A DNA stretch of 64,000 bases from a virus. Position 1 is the first letter of the stretch. The number at the start of each line of letters is the position of its first letter. Where the stretch lies: IMG/VR virus record IMGVR_UViG_3300035137_000026, positions 96,001 to 160,000 of that record, one strand, 5' to 3'. Made by a program: the position numbers and the translations under genes. Of the stretch, positions 48,541 to 56,836 are shown one piece after another. The notes under the pieces were generated by a model. It searched no databases and was not told where the DNA came from. It was given only the letters and a program-made list of their open reading frames with translations.

Positions 48541-48707
48541 TTGTATTTCTCCCAGCATGGCTTGCAGTACCATTCCATGCTCTCTACTGTGAACTCGCTA
48601 TCTGGTGTAAACCTGCTTGGTGCCTTCCAGGAGACAAATCTCCCGCAGCAACAGCAGTTTGGGTTTACTATCCGAACTTTCGGCTTGGTATTTTTCTCGT
48701 TGGCCAT
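48537..48707 (-). CDS. Small Cys-rich Zn-finger protein (56 aa), absent from the ORF track
   Basis: Translated by hand as MANEKNTKPKVRIVNPNCCCCGRFVSW...WYCKPCWEKYK; RBS GGAG; fills the gap between neighbours. Confidence 0.55.
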   Translation of the reverse strand: MANEKNTKPKVRIVNPNCCCCGRFVSWKAPSRFTPDSEFTVESMEWYCKPCWEKYK

Positions 48708-49210
48708 TTGTACTCCCTCGGATGTGGAATCTTAGCCTTTGGCTTAGCTGGTACTATCTCCTCTGCTGGCTGAGATGCCTCCACTGCTTCTGAGACTCTC
48801 TGAGACAGCTCCTCTGCCGTGATCTTCTTCTCGTCATACTTGACAACCAGATAGGCCCATCCAGCCTTCTCAGCGGCCTCCTGCTTCTCCCAGTCGGCCT
48901 CCATCCGCTTCCTGTAGTTCCTCTTGGCTTCTTCTCCAGTGACGCCTCCGAAATACACAGGCCTAAAATGGTGTTCGCCATGCACCTCGACCACAATATT
49001 CAGTCCCAGAACAACCCAATCAAACTTCTCTCTTCCTGAGGCGAACGATGGATTTACTTGGTTGACTGGATACTCCTGTCTTACTTGGTAGTTTGGGAAC
49101 AGCTCCGTCAGCAGATTTCCGACGTGCTTGTGCATCTGGCTAGCATTCTTTGCTAGCTGTTGGGGTGTCTTAGCTCGTTTCATAGATCGGTAGCCTTGCC
49201 ATCTCTTCAT
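48668..49210 (-). CDS. Vsr/DUF559-like endonuclease
   Basis: VRQEYPV...KFDWVVLGLNIVVEVHGEHHF...DWEKQEAAEKAGW. Confidence 0.7.
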   Translation of the reverse strand: MKRWQGYRSMKRAKTPQQLAKNASQMHKHVGNLLTELFPNYQVRQEYPVNQVNPSFASGREKFDWVVLGLNIVVEVHGEHHFRPVYFGGVTGEEAKRNYRKRMEADWEKQEAAEKAGWAYLVVKYDEKKITAEELSQRVSEAVEASQPAEEIVPAKPKAKIPHPREYKWPTRKIPSRKFG

Positions 49211-49553
49211 TCATGATACGTCTCTGCTCTTCTTGAGCTTTAGTCTCTCCCTCTGGTGGTTTCTCTAGAACCTCTTCTACGGGGAGTGCAAGCAACCATT
49301 CTTCAAGCCAGTATGGTAGTTGAAACACAAGCTGGTGTGGGTTGTCTCTGTCCTGTCTTATCTGTACTTCACCATCTTTTTGTAGCTTGCTGGCGTCTAT
49401 CTCGCCCTCTTGTGCAAGCTTCATAAGTACATGCTGTAGCTCTACTTTGATGGCATAAATACTACGGCTAGTGATGCTTTCTCCAATGTGTTTCTCAATC
49501 GCCTCGGAGATTCTTCTGTATATTTCCTTCCGCTGTTCGGTTTGGTTTTTCAT
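49170..49553 (-). CDS. Hypothetical protein
   Basis: 127 aa, RBS GGAGAG, coupled to neighbours. Confidence 0.5.
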   Translation of the reverse strand: MKNQTEQRKEIYRRISEAIEKHIGESITSRSIYAIKVELQHVLMKLAQEGEIDASKLQKDGEVQIRQDRDNPHQLVFQLPYWLEEWLLALPVEEVLEKPPEGETKAQEEQRRIMNEEMARLPIYETS

Positions 49554-49873
49554 ACGAATCTCTCCTCTTTGTTTTTTACCATTGGTGGCATTATATTAAG
49601 GTAGCCCTGTGACTGGGCAAACTGAACTAGAGCCCGCCACAGACTTTGATCCTCTATCTTCTTGAGGCTATGAGTACAGTCTTCCACGTATGCCATCTGC
49701 TTAAGGTTGTCTAGGAATATCATGTAGCGTTTACCTTGATAGCCGATGGTTACTCTATGCTCCCATCGGTAGTATGGTAGCAGATCTACATTCACGTTCT
49801 CTTCGCCATTAGCAAGTGCCACGTTTACTGGTAGAGGAAATCGCTTCTCGTTTACAAGGTAAAATCCTGGCAT
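49550..49873 (-). CDS. Hypothetical protein
   Basis: 107 aa, coupled to neighbours. Confidence 0.5.
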   Translation of the reverse strand: MPGFYLVNEKRFPLPVNVALANGEENVNVDLLPYYRWEHRVTIGYQGKRYMIFLDNLKQMAYVEDCTHSLKKIEDQSLWRALVQFAQSQGYLNIMPPMVKNKEERFV

Positions 49874-50568
49874 ACCTTACACTCCTTGCAGGCATATGGG
49901 TTCGCATGCTGAGTTCTGGAACGAATGCCGCATTCTACATGGTACAACATCTTTCGAATTCCTTCCATGGCTTTTGGGCTAAAAGTTGACGTGGTGACAC
50001 TTATTTTGTCAATAGACTCGTCTACGTCTATTGAGATGTAAGTAATCGTCTCTCCACGCCCGCTATAGAAGGCATAAGCTATTGCTTTTATTGCCGGATC
50101 CGTGGCTGCCTGACGAAGCGAGAGTCCCTTCCTGTCTAGATTAATAAGAACTGTGTTCTGGGGTTTCTCGAGATCTACCTTGACAATGTCCACCTGAGCC
50201 TTCAGGACACTTGTGCCTATCCGGATGGTACTCTCTGCTTCTACTCCAGCTGTTGGCATCATCCAGTCAGACATGTCGTACTTGCAATAATCAGTGAATT
50301 TATGGGCTGCTGCCAGCGAGATCTTAGTGGATTCTGTGGCTGGTAGATGTTCTGCCGCCGGCCACCAAATCTTATCCCATGCCTGTCTTAGTTTCCGTGG
50401 GCTGACGATACTATCTTTGAGGCAAGCATGTCTTTCGGCCTCTATGATTGCTGCTCTGATCTTCTGTTCTGTGAATGTGAGTGGTTTAGCTACAATCCTT
50501 GTTGCGCCCTTAGCCTGAAGAACAGGGCAATAAACGTAACACGCTATGTCGAGTGGGCTGAGGTACAT
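49852..50568 (-). CDS. Cas4/AddB-like PD-(D/E)xK fold protein, probably catalytically degenerate
   Basis: YVYCP near the N-terminus and CKECKVC at the C-terminus; AQVDIV retained, but the D/E-x-K position reads VLINLD. Confidence 0.5.
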   Translation of the reverse strand: MYLSPLDIACYVYCPVLQAKGATRIVAKPLTFTEQKIRAAIIEAERHACLKDSIVSPRKLRQAWDKIWWPAAEHLPATESTKISLAAAHKFTDYCKYDMSDWMMPTAGVEAESTIRIGTSVLKAQVDIVKVDLEKPQNTVLINLDRKGLSLRQAATDPAIKAIAYAFYSGRGETITYISIDVDESIDKISVTTSTFSPKAMEGIRKMLYHVECGIRSRTQHANPYACKECKVCQDFTL

Positions 50569-50729
50569 TACTCGTCGTCGTCAAGATCGTAGTGGCTCTC
50601 CATTTCGCTGAGTACGTTGAATGGCTGCTCTACGAAATGGCTTCGGTCTGCATTACAGGCGGGACAGTTGGTTGTTACACCATACTCTCCCTCGAATTCA
50701 TTTCCGCAATTACTGCACTGATAAATCAT
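50568..50729 (-). CDS. Rubredoxin-like Zn/Fe ribbon microprotein (53 aa), absent from the ORF track
   Basis: Translated by hand as MIYQCSNCGNEFEGEYGVTTNCPACNADRSHF...DDDE; RBS GGAGG; TAATG coupling downstream. Confidence 0.65.
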   Translation of the reverse strand: MIYQCSNCGNEFEGEYGVTTNCPACNADRSHFVEQPFNVLSEMESHYDLDDDE

Positions 50730-50886
50730 CTTGTTCCTCCTCTAAATCTCCTGTGATTTCATCTAAGAGATCCGCTACCCGTTCTGCACTGTCAGTAGCG
50801 TGGTCAATAATTCTGGCCACAGTTTCTGTTTTAGCGGCCATCTCTACAGCCTTAGTGGCTGCGACTGCTCCGATAAGTTGTTTCAT
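50710..50886 (-). CDS. Small hypothetical protein
   Basis: MKQLIGAVAATKAVEM..., RBS GGAGG before 50886. Confidence 0.45.
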   Translation of the reverse strand: MKQLIGAVAATKAVEMAAKTETVARIIDHATDSAERVADLLDEITGDLEEEQDDLSVQ

Positions 50887-50931
50887 GAATCCTCCAACAC
50901 TCAACATAACGCATTACTCATACAGCGACAA

Positions 50932-53400
50932 CTAAAAATCATTAGCTGCTCTGTTTTCTGCTAGGAAGGCCTTACGGTCCTTCTGATCCTGGATGGCAGT
51001 TTGTAGTTCAACAGCTCGATACTGTCCTGCATAGCCGTAGAGATCCAGGAATTCTCTGCCTTCGTATCCAGAGACCTTATTCTTACCGAACTTTACCCAG
51101 ATTCTAGGTAGTATGTCCCCATGCTTATCTTCGTGTATAAGGATAGCGCTGTCTTCATCACAATGGTGTAGATCATTGTACAAGTGAATGATTACACTGG
51201 CATCGTACTGTAGTGCCCTGGATTCTGCGATTGCCAAGTTGGTTGGCCTCTCACCAGGAGCTAACTTTCTATATTCCACTGTGGATACGATAGTAATGTG
51301 GTTGGCTACCGTCATGTTTTTCATTAGATTGCTCAACCGTTTGACTCGCTCGTGACCCTGTAACTCAGACAAGTCTGGATACTTGTGGAAGTTGTCACAG
51401 AACAGAACGACGTTCTTCTCTGGATATTTTTCTCTATACTTCCTTACCAGAGCTTCTGCGTACATTAGAGACTGTCCGTCACTAGCATCACGAATGACAA
51501 TCCTCTCGTCTCTAATTGCCTGAATAACTTTGTTGTATCCCTGCTCTCTGAGTTGTGGTACGAACTCATATCCATCCTGCATTTTCCAGTAGTTTGGACT
51601 CGAGACATGGTTCAGTCTGAGCTGAAGCGTCTCTGTAGCGCAGCAGACCATCTTGTATAGGATGAATCTGGCGGCATCATCAATGGAATGGTAAATACAG
51701 ATGGCATTGTTTCGCTCTTCGTTTGCTATCTCCCAGGCCATTTGGCTAGCGAATGTTGTCTTGCCGGCCTGCTCCGAACCACCAACAAATACTAGATTGT
51801 CTGATCTCCAGTCATCATCTAGGTGAGCAGCGATACCACCCAAGCCCCATGGCTTCATAAAGAACCCTGCGAATTCTCCACTCTTCTGCTCGTCAGCTTC
51901 CTTCTGAGCCAATACTGTGCCTAGAACTGTGTTCTCGTCGCTCTCCTGTTGTACGGCCTTGTTGATCTCACCTAACTGGTGCTGGGCCTGAATCAGGGCC
52001 ATCTCTGCCTTTTCTGGGTTCTTCTGTACTTCCCAGGTCAGGGCTTCAATGACTGCTTTCTTTTTATGTTGTATGTTTGCTTCCTTCTCGCTTCTGAGAC
52101 GCTTCACCTCAGACATGATGATCGCAATATCATGGCCTGTCATCCTGGAGACCTGCTTAGCCATCTCCTGCTGGCGGATATGACTCTTCTCAGACACGAT
52201 TATCTGAGCCATCTTTTGGGCTATCTCTGACTTCTTGTCCTCATCCAAATCTTCCTTCTCTGCCTGTTCTTCCATGAACTTGGCAAGCCTCCATTCGAAT
52301 GCTGTCCATTTCTTTAGCCGAACGAACTCATCAATGCCCCTAGCTCTCAGCAGATCGTCTGGATCTTCTCCGCTGGGTAGCTGAATAAGTTTGACCCTGA
52401 AGTCTTTCTCTTGGGCGAACTTCTCATCCAAGGCTTTTCTAACAGCCTCTTCTCCTGCGTCATCGCTATCGAAGACTAGGATGAGGTTGAACACCCCACA
52501 TCTCTTCAGTAAGTTAACGTGGTGGTCTGTGAGTGCTGTACCTAGAGTGCAGCAGCAGTTCATTAGACCATGGTGTCTAGCTGTAATGACGTCAGCTTGA
52601 CCCTCGAAGATGTACAGAGGGCTGGCTGCTGTCTTTGCTACATCAAAGCCGTAGAGACGTGATCCCTTATTGAAGATGGCGCACTCGAGCCCCGTACCTC
52701 TAGTGTTGATATACTTTGGGCCACTGGTTTGGTCACCTTTTTTGTGCTTCAAGTTTTTAGCACTGAAGCCTACTGGCCTACCCTTGTCATCATAGACTGT
52801 GAATAACAGATTGTGTTTGTCGAATAAGTTCGATCTATCCAGGTCAACTGCACTTAGGAATTTTGGCTCATAGCCAGCCTTCTTCATTGTTTCCATGAAC
52901 TCTTTGTAGTTGACTGTCCCAATCCCCCAGCTTGCAAGCTTTGATCTCTCCCAACTCCGGCGGTCAATCTCATAGTCAACCGTTGAGTAGTCCCCAAAGT
53001 TTGGATTACTAACCAGCTTGGCCGCTAGTGCATAAGCTGAGTATGTTCTGTATTCGTATATCTCTTCCGGTGTTAGATCTTCCAGCTCTACTTGAACTCC
53101 GAACTTTTCTGCGAGATACATGACGTTCTCTTCAATGAATCCTCTGCCGGATATTGGCTTGCCCTCGAGGTAGTGTGCCGCCAGGAAGATACCAGCTGAG
53201 CATCCACATGCAAAGCAGTTCGCTCTATACTGGTCTATCTCACCACGACATGACATTGATGGGTGAGTGTCATTATGGTCCGGGTGAATGCAGTTGAAAT
53301 CCTTGCTTGTGTCAATCCCATGTTCCTCAAGGTATTGTTCAAGATAGGGCTCTAGGGCCTCGCTCATTGCATCCAGGTTAACCAGTCTCTGCTTCATCAT
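50932..53400 (-). CDS. DNA primase-helicase (CHC2 Zn finger + TOPRIM + DnaB-like SF4 helicase)
   Basis: CIHPDHNDTHPSM...CFAC; IFEGQAD and VFDSDDAG (TOPRIM); GGSEQAGKTT (Walker A); LFCDNFH; SRALQYDASVII. Start moved to 53400 (TAATG coupling). Confidence 0.9.
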   Translation of the reverse strand: MMKQRLVNLDAMSEALEPYLEQYLEEHGIDTSKDFNCIHPDHNDTHPSMSCRGEIDQYRANCFACGCSAGIFLAAHYLEGKPISGRGFIEENVMYLAEKFGVQVELEDLTPEEIYEYRTYSAYALAAKLVSNPNFGDYSTVDYEIDRRSWERSKLASWGIGTVNYKEFMETMKKAGYEPKFLSAVDLDRSNLFDKHNLLFTVYDDKGRPVGFSAKNLKHKKGDQTSGPKYINTRGTGLECAIFNKGSRLYGFDVAKTAASPLYIFEGQADVITARHHGLMNCCCTLGTALTDHHVNLLKRCGVFNLILVFDSDDAGEEAVRKALDEKFAQEKDFRVKLIQLPSGEDPDDLLRARGIDEFVRLKKWTAFEWRLAKFMEEQAEKEDLDEDKKSEIAQKMAQIIVSEKSHIRQQEMAKQVSRMTGHDIAIIMSEVKRLRSEKEANIQHKKKAVIEALTWEVQKNPEKAEMALIQAQHQLGEINKAVQQESDENTVLGTVLAQKEADEQKSGEFAGFFMKPWGLGGIAAHLDDDWRSDNLVFVGGSEQAGKTTFASQMAWEIANEERNNAICIYHSIDDAARFILYKMVCCATETLQLRLNHVSSPNYWKMQDGYEFVPQLREQGYNKVIQAIRDERIVIRDASDGQSLMYAEALVRKYREKYPEKNVVLFCDNFHKYPDLSELQGHERVKRLSNLMKNMTVANHITIVSTVEYRKLAPGERPTNLAIAESRALQYDASVIIHLYNDLHHCDEDSAILIHEDKHGDILPRIWVKFGKNKVSGYEGREFLDLYGYAGQYRAVELQTAIQDQKDRKAFLAENRAANDF

Positions 53401-54014
53401 TATTCCATGCCCTTTTCGTCCCACCAGCGGAGTGTTTCTTTGTACTCCAGAACTATGTTGGCTGCTTCTTCCATGTTGTCTACCTCAAATGGATAGACAC
53501 CTCTAGTCTTTTCATTCCATGGCTGTTTCATCATAATCGGAATCGGCCCATCGATGTCAGCCAATACCCTGGGATCATCATCAATGATAAAATCAGCCTC
53601 TACGCATTGTTTCGAGTGTACCGAGTCCACCATAAACAGATAGTACTTCATGTTGGGGAAGTATCTCTTCAGCCATACATCTTTCTCTGGTGGGCAGCGG
53701 TCCCAGTTAAGCACTTTGGTAACAAAGCATATCTCTGCACCAGCATCGGCAAGTCTCTGGACCTGCTTAATGGCTCCTGGGAATGGCGGAATATCCTCGA
53801 AGAATCCCTTGTCACAGATTTCATCGTACAGCTCTCTGTGATCAGTATACTTTGCCTGTTGCTCTGGAGTCATCCTTTCCCAGACTAGTTGTGCTGTCTT
53901 GGGTTTGTAGGCATCGTCCTTCGTCATCTTGATACCATACAGCTCTTCAACCTTCTTAAAGGAAGTGGTTGTAAAGTCCGCAATGGTGCCATCCATATCT
54001 ACTATGACTCTCAT
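53400..54014 (-). CDS. HAD-family 5'(3')-deoxyribonucleotidase
   Basis: VIVDMDGTIADF, PPFPGA, FVTK, EKDVWL, IIDDDP, QPWN; start moved to MRVIVD (RBS GGAG). Confidence 0.85.
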   Translation of the reverse strand: MRVIVDMDGTIADFTTTSFKKVEELYGIKMTKDDAYKPKTAQLVWERMTPEQQAKYTDHRELYDEICDKGFFEDIPPFPGAIKQVQRLADAGAEICFVTKVLNWDRCPPEKDVWLKRYFPNMKYYLFMVDSVHSKQCVEADFIIDDDPRVLADIDGPIPIMMKQPWNEKTRGVYPFEVDNMEEAANIVLEYKETLRWWDEKGME

Positions 54015-54039
54015 CGTTCTCTCCGTTGTTTGTGGAACC

Positions 54040-55011
54040 TTATCCGTCGGTTGCGCACTGGTCTTTCCAGTCGCAGTAGGCACAGTGCCAGTCGCCAAGT
54101 TTATTGCTCTTAGCGTTGGGGTTCTTTACCCATCTCTCATACTTGCCTTTTGCAATCTTACCTTCAGAATACAGTCTTTCAACTGTAGCTGCATCGTATT
54201 CGACCATGTATTCTTTTTTGGGTAGGGTTTTCTTGCGCAGGATCTTAATCAGCTCTTTATATCGACCATGCATGTCTTCTATTGTAAAGGGCTGGAGTGA
54301 TGGTCCTTCCTGGAATGCATTCCAGTATGGTCCTGGAATCTGCTGCCAGTAGCACTGGTGCTTGCCATCATTCCGCTTCTGGAAGCCTACCTTGAACTCT
54401 ACCCTTGCACCACTAGCTCTATCCATATAGAAAATTCTATATTCATCGAGCACATCCTTATACTCCCAGGCATAGAGCAGTGCCTGAAGGAAGTGGCTTT
54501 CTTTCGGCTGGCCGGCAATAAACCGGCCAGTCTCCTTCTCCCTCTTTACTCCATGGATCTCCTTCTGGTTTGGGTACTCTGCGTAGGTCTTCATCTCTAT
54601 ACCCATCAGCTTACCTGTCATGGGATTCCTGAGGATAGCATCCATCTCTCCAGAAAGCACAAGCTCTTTATTGAAGAACTTCACGTTGTTAGATACCCAG
54701 AGACCCATCTCTTTCCAGAGTTTAATCTGCATTCTCTCCAGTTGTTTGCCTATTCGGCCTGTCTGGTGGAGCTTGATACCTCCTGGATTGCTCTTGGGTA
54801 TGTCGTTGGTTCTATAGAACACCTGTCGGTGACACTTACCCAAGACAACCTTACGCTTGCCATCTTGGTAGGCTACCGAGGCCTCTGATGGCCAGAGACC
54901 CTGACGTCTCTTATCGAAGGCCCTGTGTCTCTCAGCAAGTATAGACTCATCTTCTTCTGCGATCAGAGAAAATACTGGCTGGTTATTCATCGTATAGGAT
55001 TGGCGGCTCAT
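54040..55011 (-). CDS. Cas4-like PD-(D/E)xK exonuclease
   Basis: LWPSEAS, KCHRQVFY, LSGEMDAIL, GIEMKT, QALLY, CAYCDWKDQC. Confidence 0.75.
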   Translation of the reverse strand: MSRQSYTMNNQPVFSLIAEEDESILAERHRAFDKRRQGLWPSEASVAYQDGKRKVVLGKCHRQVFYRTNDIPKSNPGGIKLHQTGRIGKQLERMQIKLWKEMGLWVSNNVKFFNKELVLSGEMDAILRNPMTGKLMGIEMKTYAEYPNQKEIHGVKREKETGRFIAGQPKESHFLQALLYAWEYKDVLDEYRIFYMDRASGARVEFKVGFQKRNDGKHQCYWQQIPGPYWNAFQEGPSLQPFTIEDMHGRYKELIKILRKKTLPKKEYMVEYDAATVERLYSEGKIAKGKYERWVKNPNAKSNKLGDWHCAYCDWKDQCATDG

Positions 55012-55282
55012 GCTTCGGCTTCCTTATGTATTTATCGTCCATGTACTCTCGCCCTTTGAACAGGCAACCAACATCTGGGACGCATTGGTTCTTCTCTAAC
55101 TCAGCTACCTTCTGAGCAAGGTGCTGGATCAACTCCACCATGCACCACTTCTTGCGGCGATGTCTTACAAGGATTGCTCCAGGCTTGCTCGAGAGTATCT
55201 TTCTTCCTCTAGCAGATGCTTGCTCATCACATGTCTTCTTGGCTGGCCATGGTGCTACTAGAGGTGCTGGTTTCTTGGCCAT
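54983..55282 (-). CDS. Hypothetical protein
   Basis: 99 aa, RBS GGAG. Confidence 0.45.
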   Translation of the reverse strand: MAKKPAPLVAPWPAKKTCDEQASARGRKILSSKPGAILVRHRRKKWCMVELIQHLAQKVAELEKNQCVPDVGCLFKGREYMDDKYIRKPKHEPPILYDE

Positions 55283-55288
55283 GCCTGT

Positions 55289-55873
55289 CTACTCCTTCTC
55301 CTTCGATGGGAACCTAACGACATTGCCTGGGCGTTCGCTTGGAAGAACTACATCACTCTCTGCCTCAACGTCTTCTGGCGGGGCTGTCTCTTCCTCATCT
55401 ACAGGCTGCATATAGCAGTCACAGTTGTGTTTACAGTCACAGTCTAACGTACAGTTCTGGTCATTGCCTTGATGTTCTGTCTGTGCTCCCTCAGCTTCTG
55501 CCTGCATTTGTGCTATCTGTGCCTGGATCTGCTTTTGCATTTCCTTCTGACGCTGGATAATCTTGTCAGCCACGTCCGTCTTGTAACGCTGCTCAATCTC
55601 CTCCTGTGTGAAGAGACCTTTCTCAACCATCATGGCTGTCAGCATCTGCATTGTCAGCCTAGCTGTATCCAGCACCATGCCGATATTCTCCTGGGATCGG
55701 GCAATCTGTACCATCCCCATCTCTAGGTTCTGCACGGCTCCCACTAGAATCTGAAATTCATCTGGTGGTCCCTCGGCTGGCATACCATCTGGTGACAGAA
55801 TTGCAGGGTTTGGAGTGCCGGCCTTCTGAAGCATCTGGCGAACAATCTCCTGTACTCGTTTATCTTCACTCAT
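55289..55873 (-). CDS. Hypothetical coiled-coil protein with a Cys cluster
   Basis: Start moved to MSEDKR at 55873 (RBS AAGGAG); Gln-rich coil and CTLDCDCKHNCDC. Confidence 0.55.
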   Translation of the reverse strand: MSEDKRVQEIVRQMLQKAGTPNPAILSPDGMPAEGPPDEFQILVGAVQNLEMGMVQIARSQENIGMVLDTARLTMQMLTAMMVEKGLFTQEEIEQRYKTDVADKIIQRQKEMQKQIQAQIAQMQAEAEGAQTEHQGNDQNCTLDCDCKHNCDCYMQPVDEEETAPPEDVEAESDVVLPSERPGNVVRFPSKEKE

Positions 55874-55884
55874 CCTATATCTCC

Positions 55885-56832
55885 TTAGTGCATAATCCGT
55901 GGTGTGTCTTTCGGGGTTACACTGTTGCGGTCTCTCATCCACTTACCACAATCCTTACAGCGCAGTCTCTTGTACTTATATAGCTTGGTATATGAGTATC
56001 CTCTGTACTCTAGATTAGTACCACCACATGCTGGGCAGTGCAGTATATCGTCATCAATAAGTAGGTTCCAGTTCGGCATACTGGCTGCCAGTGGCATCAG
56101 TTTTTCTGTAATGTCTCTTTGGGTGCGAACATCCTGTACGTTGTATTCTGCAATAATTTCCATAGCCTCTACGTCGTGTGCTTTAGCTCGTCTCCAGATA
56201 TACAGTGGCACCTCAGACTTCTGTTCGTCGCATCTAAATGCTCGAGCGATAGTCTTCAGCTTGTTGTTGTTTAGCCTCAGGTTCTTCTTAGCAATTCTCC
56301 AGGTATCAATATGTACTGGCTTGGGGATTACTGGAAGCCCATGCATGAGACACCGTGTCTGAATGAACGGGAAGTCAAATCCTGGAGAGAAGTGTCCGAT
56401 TAGCACATCTGCCTCTTCCATGATCTTAACTACGTCTTTCAGTAAGTATAGGTCCCTTTTCTCGACTGGTAGCTCATCCCAACCAGAATAGTCCCACATC
56501 CGCATGACTACTGGCTCTGGCTCGTCGTGCCACCAGTAGCCGAAGCAGATCATCTCTCCAAATTCGGCAGACAGATCGGTGGCTTCAATGTCGAAGTACA
56601 TAATCTTAGCCTTGCTTATTTGGGTGGCTATTGATGATCCGTATGGTAACTTAGGAGGCTTATTGCGCTTGTCCTTGTGCCGGCGAATAATACCCTGAAC
56701 GGCCTTAGTAGTCCTTTGTGGGAATCCTTTGCTAGCCAGTATCTCTGCGATCTCTCGTGCTAGCTTATTGCCAGCGTGCTTGATGACCAACTGTCTCTCT
56801 TTGTCGGTCCATTTATCATGTGTGTCTTCCAT
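55885..56832 (-). CDS. RNase H-like 3'-5' exonuclease (RNase_H_2/DnaQ type) with an N-terminal HTH and a C-terminal Zn ribbon
   Basis: YFDIEAT, GHFSPGFDFPF, HIDT, YNVQDV (DEDD); CPAC...CKDC; WTDKE...EIA HTH. Confidence 0.8.
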   Translation of the reverse strand: MEDTHDKWTDKERQLVIKHAGNKLAREIAEILASKGFPQRTTKAVQGIIRRHKDKRNKPPKLPYGSSIATQISKAKIMYFDIEATDLSAEFGEMICFGYWWHDEPEPVVMRMWDYSGWDELPVEKRDLYLLKDVVKIMEEADVLIGHFSPGFDFPFIQTRCLMHGLPVIPKPVHIDTWRIAKKNLRLNNNKLKTIARAFRCDEQKSEVPLYIWRRAKAHDVEAMEIIAEYNVQDVRTQRDITEKLMPLAASMPNWNLLIDDDILHCPACGGTNLEYRGYSYTKLYKYKRLRCKDCGKWMRDRNSVTPKDTPRIMH

Positions 56833-56836
56833 GTGT

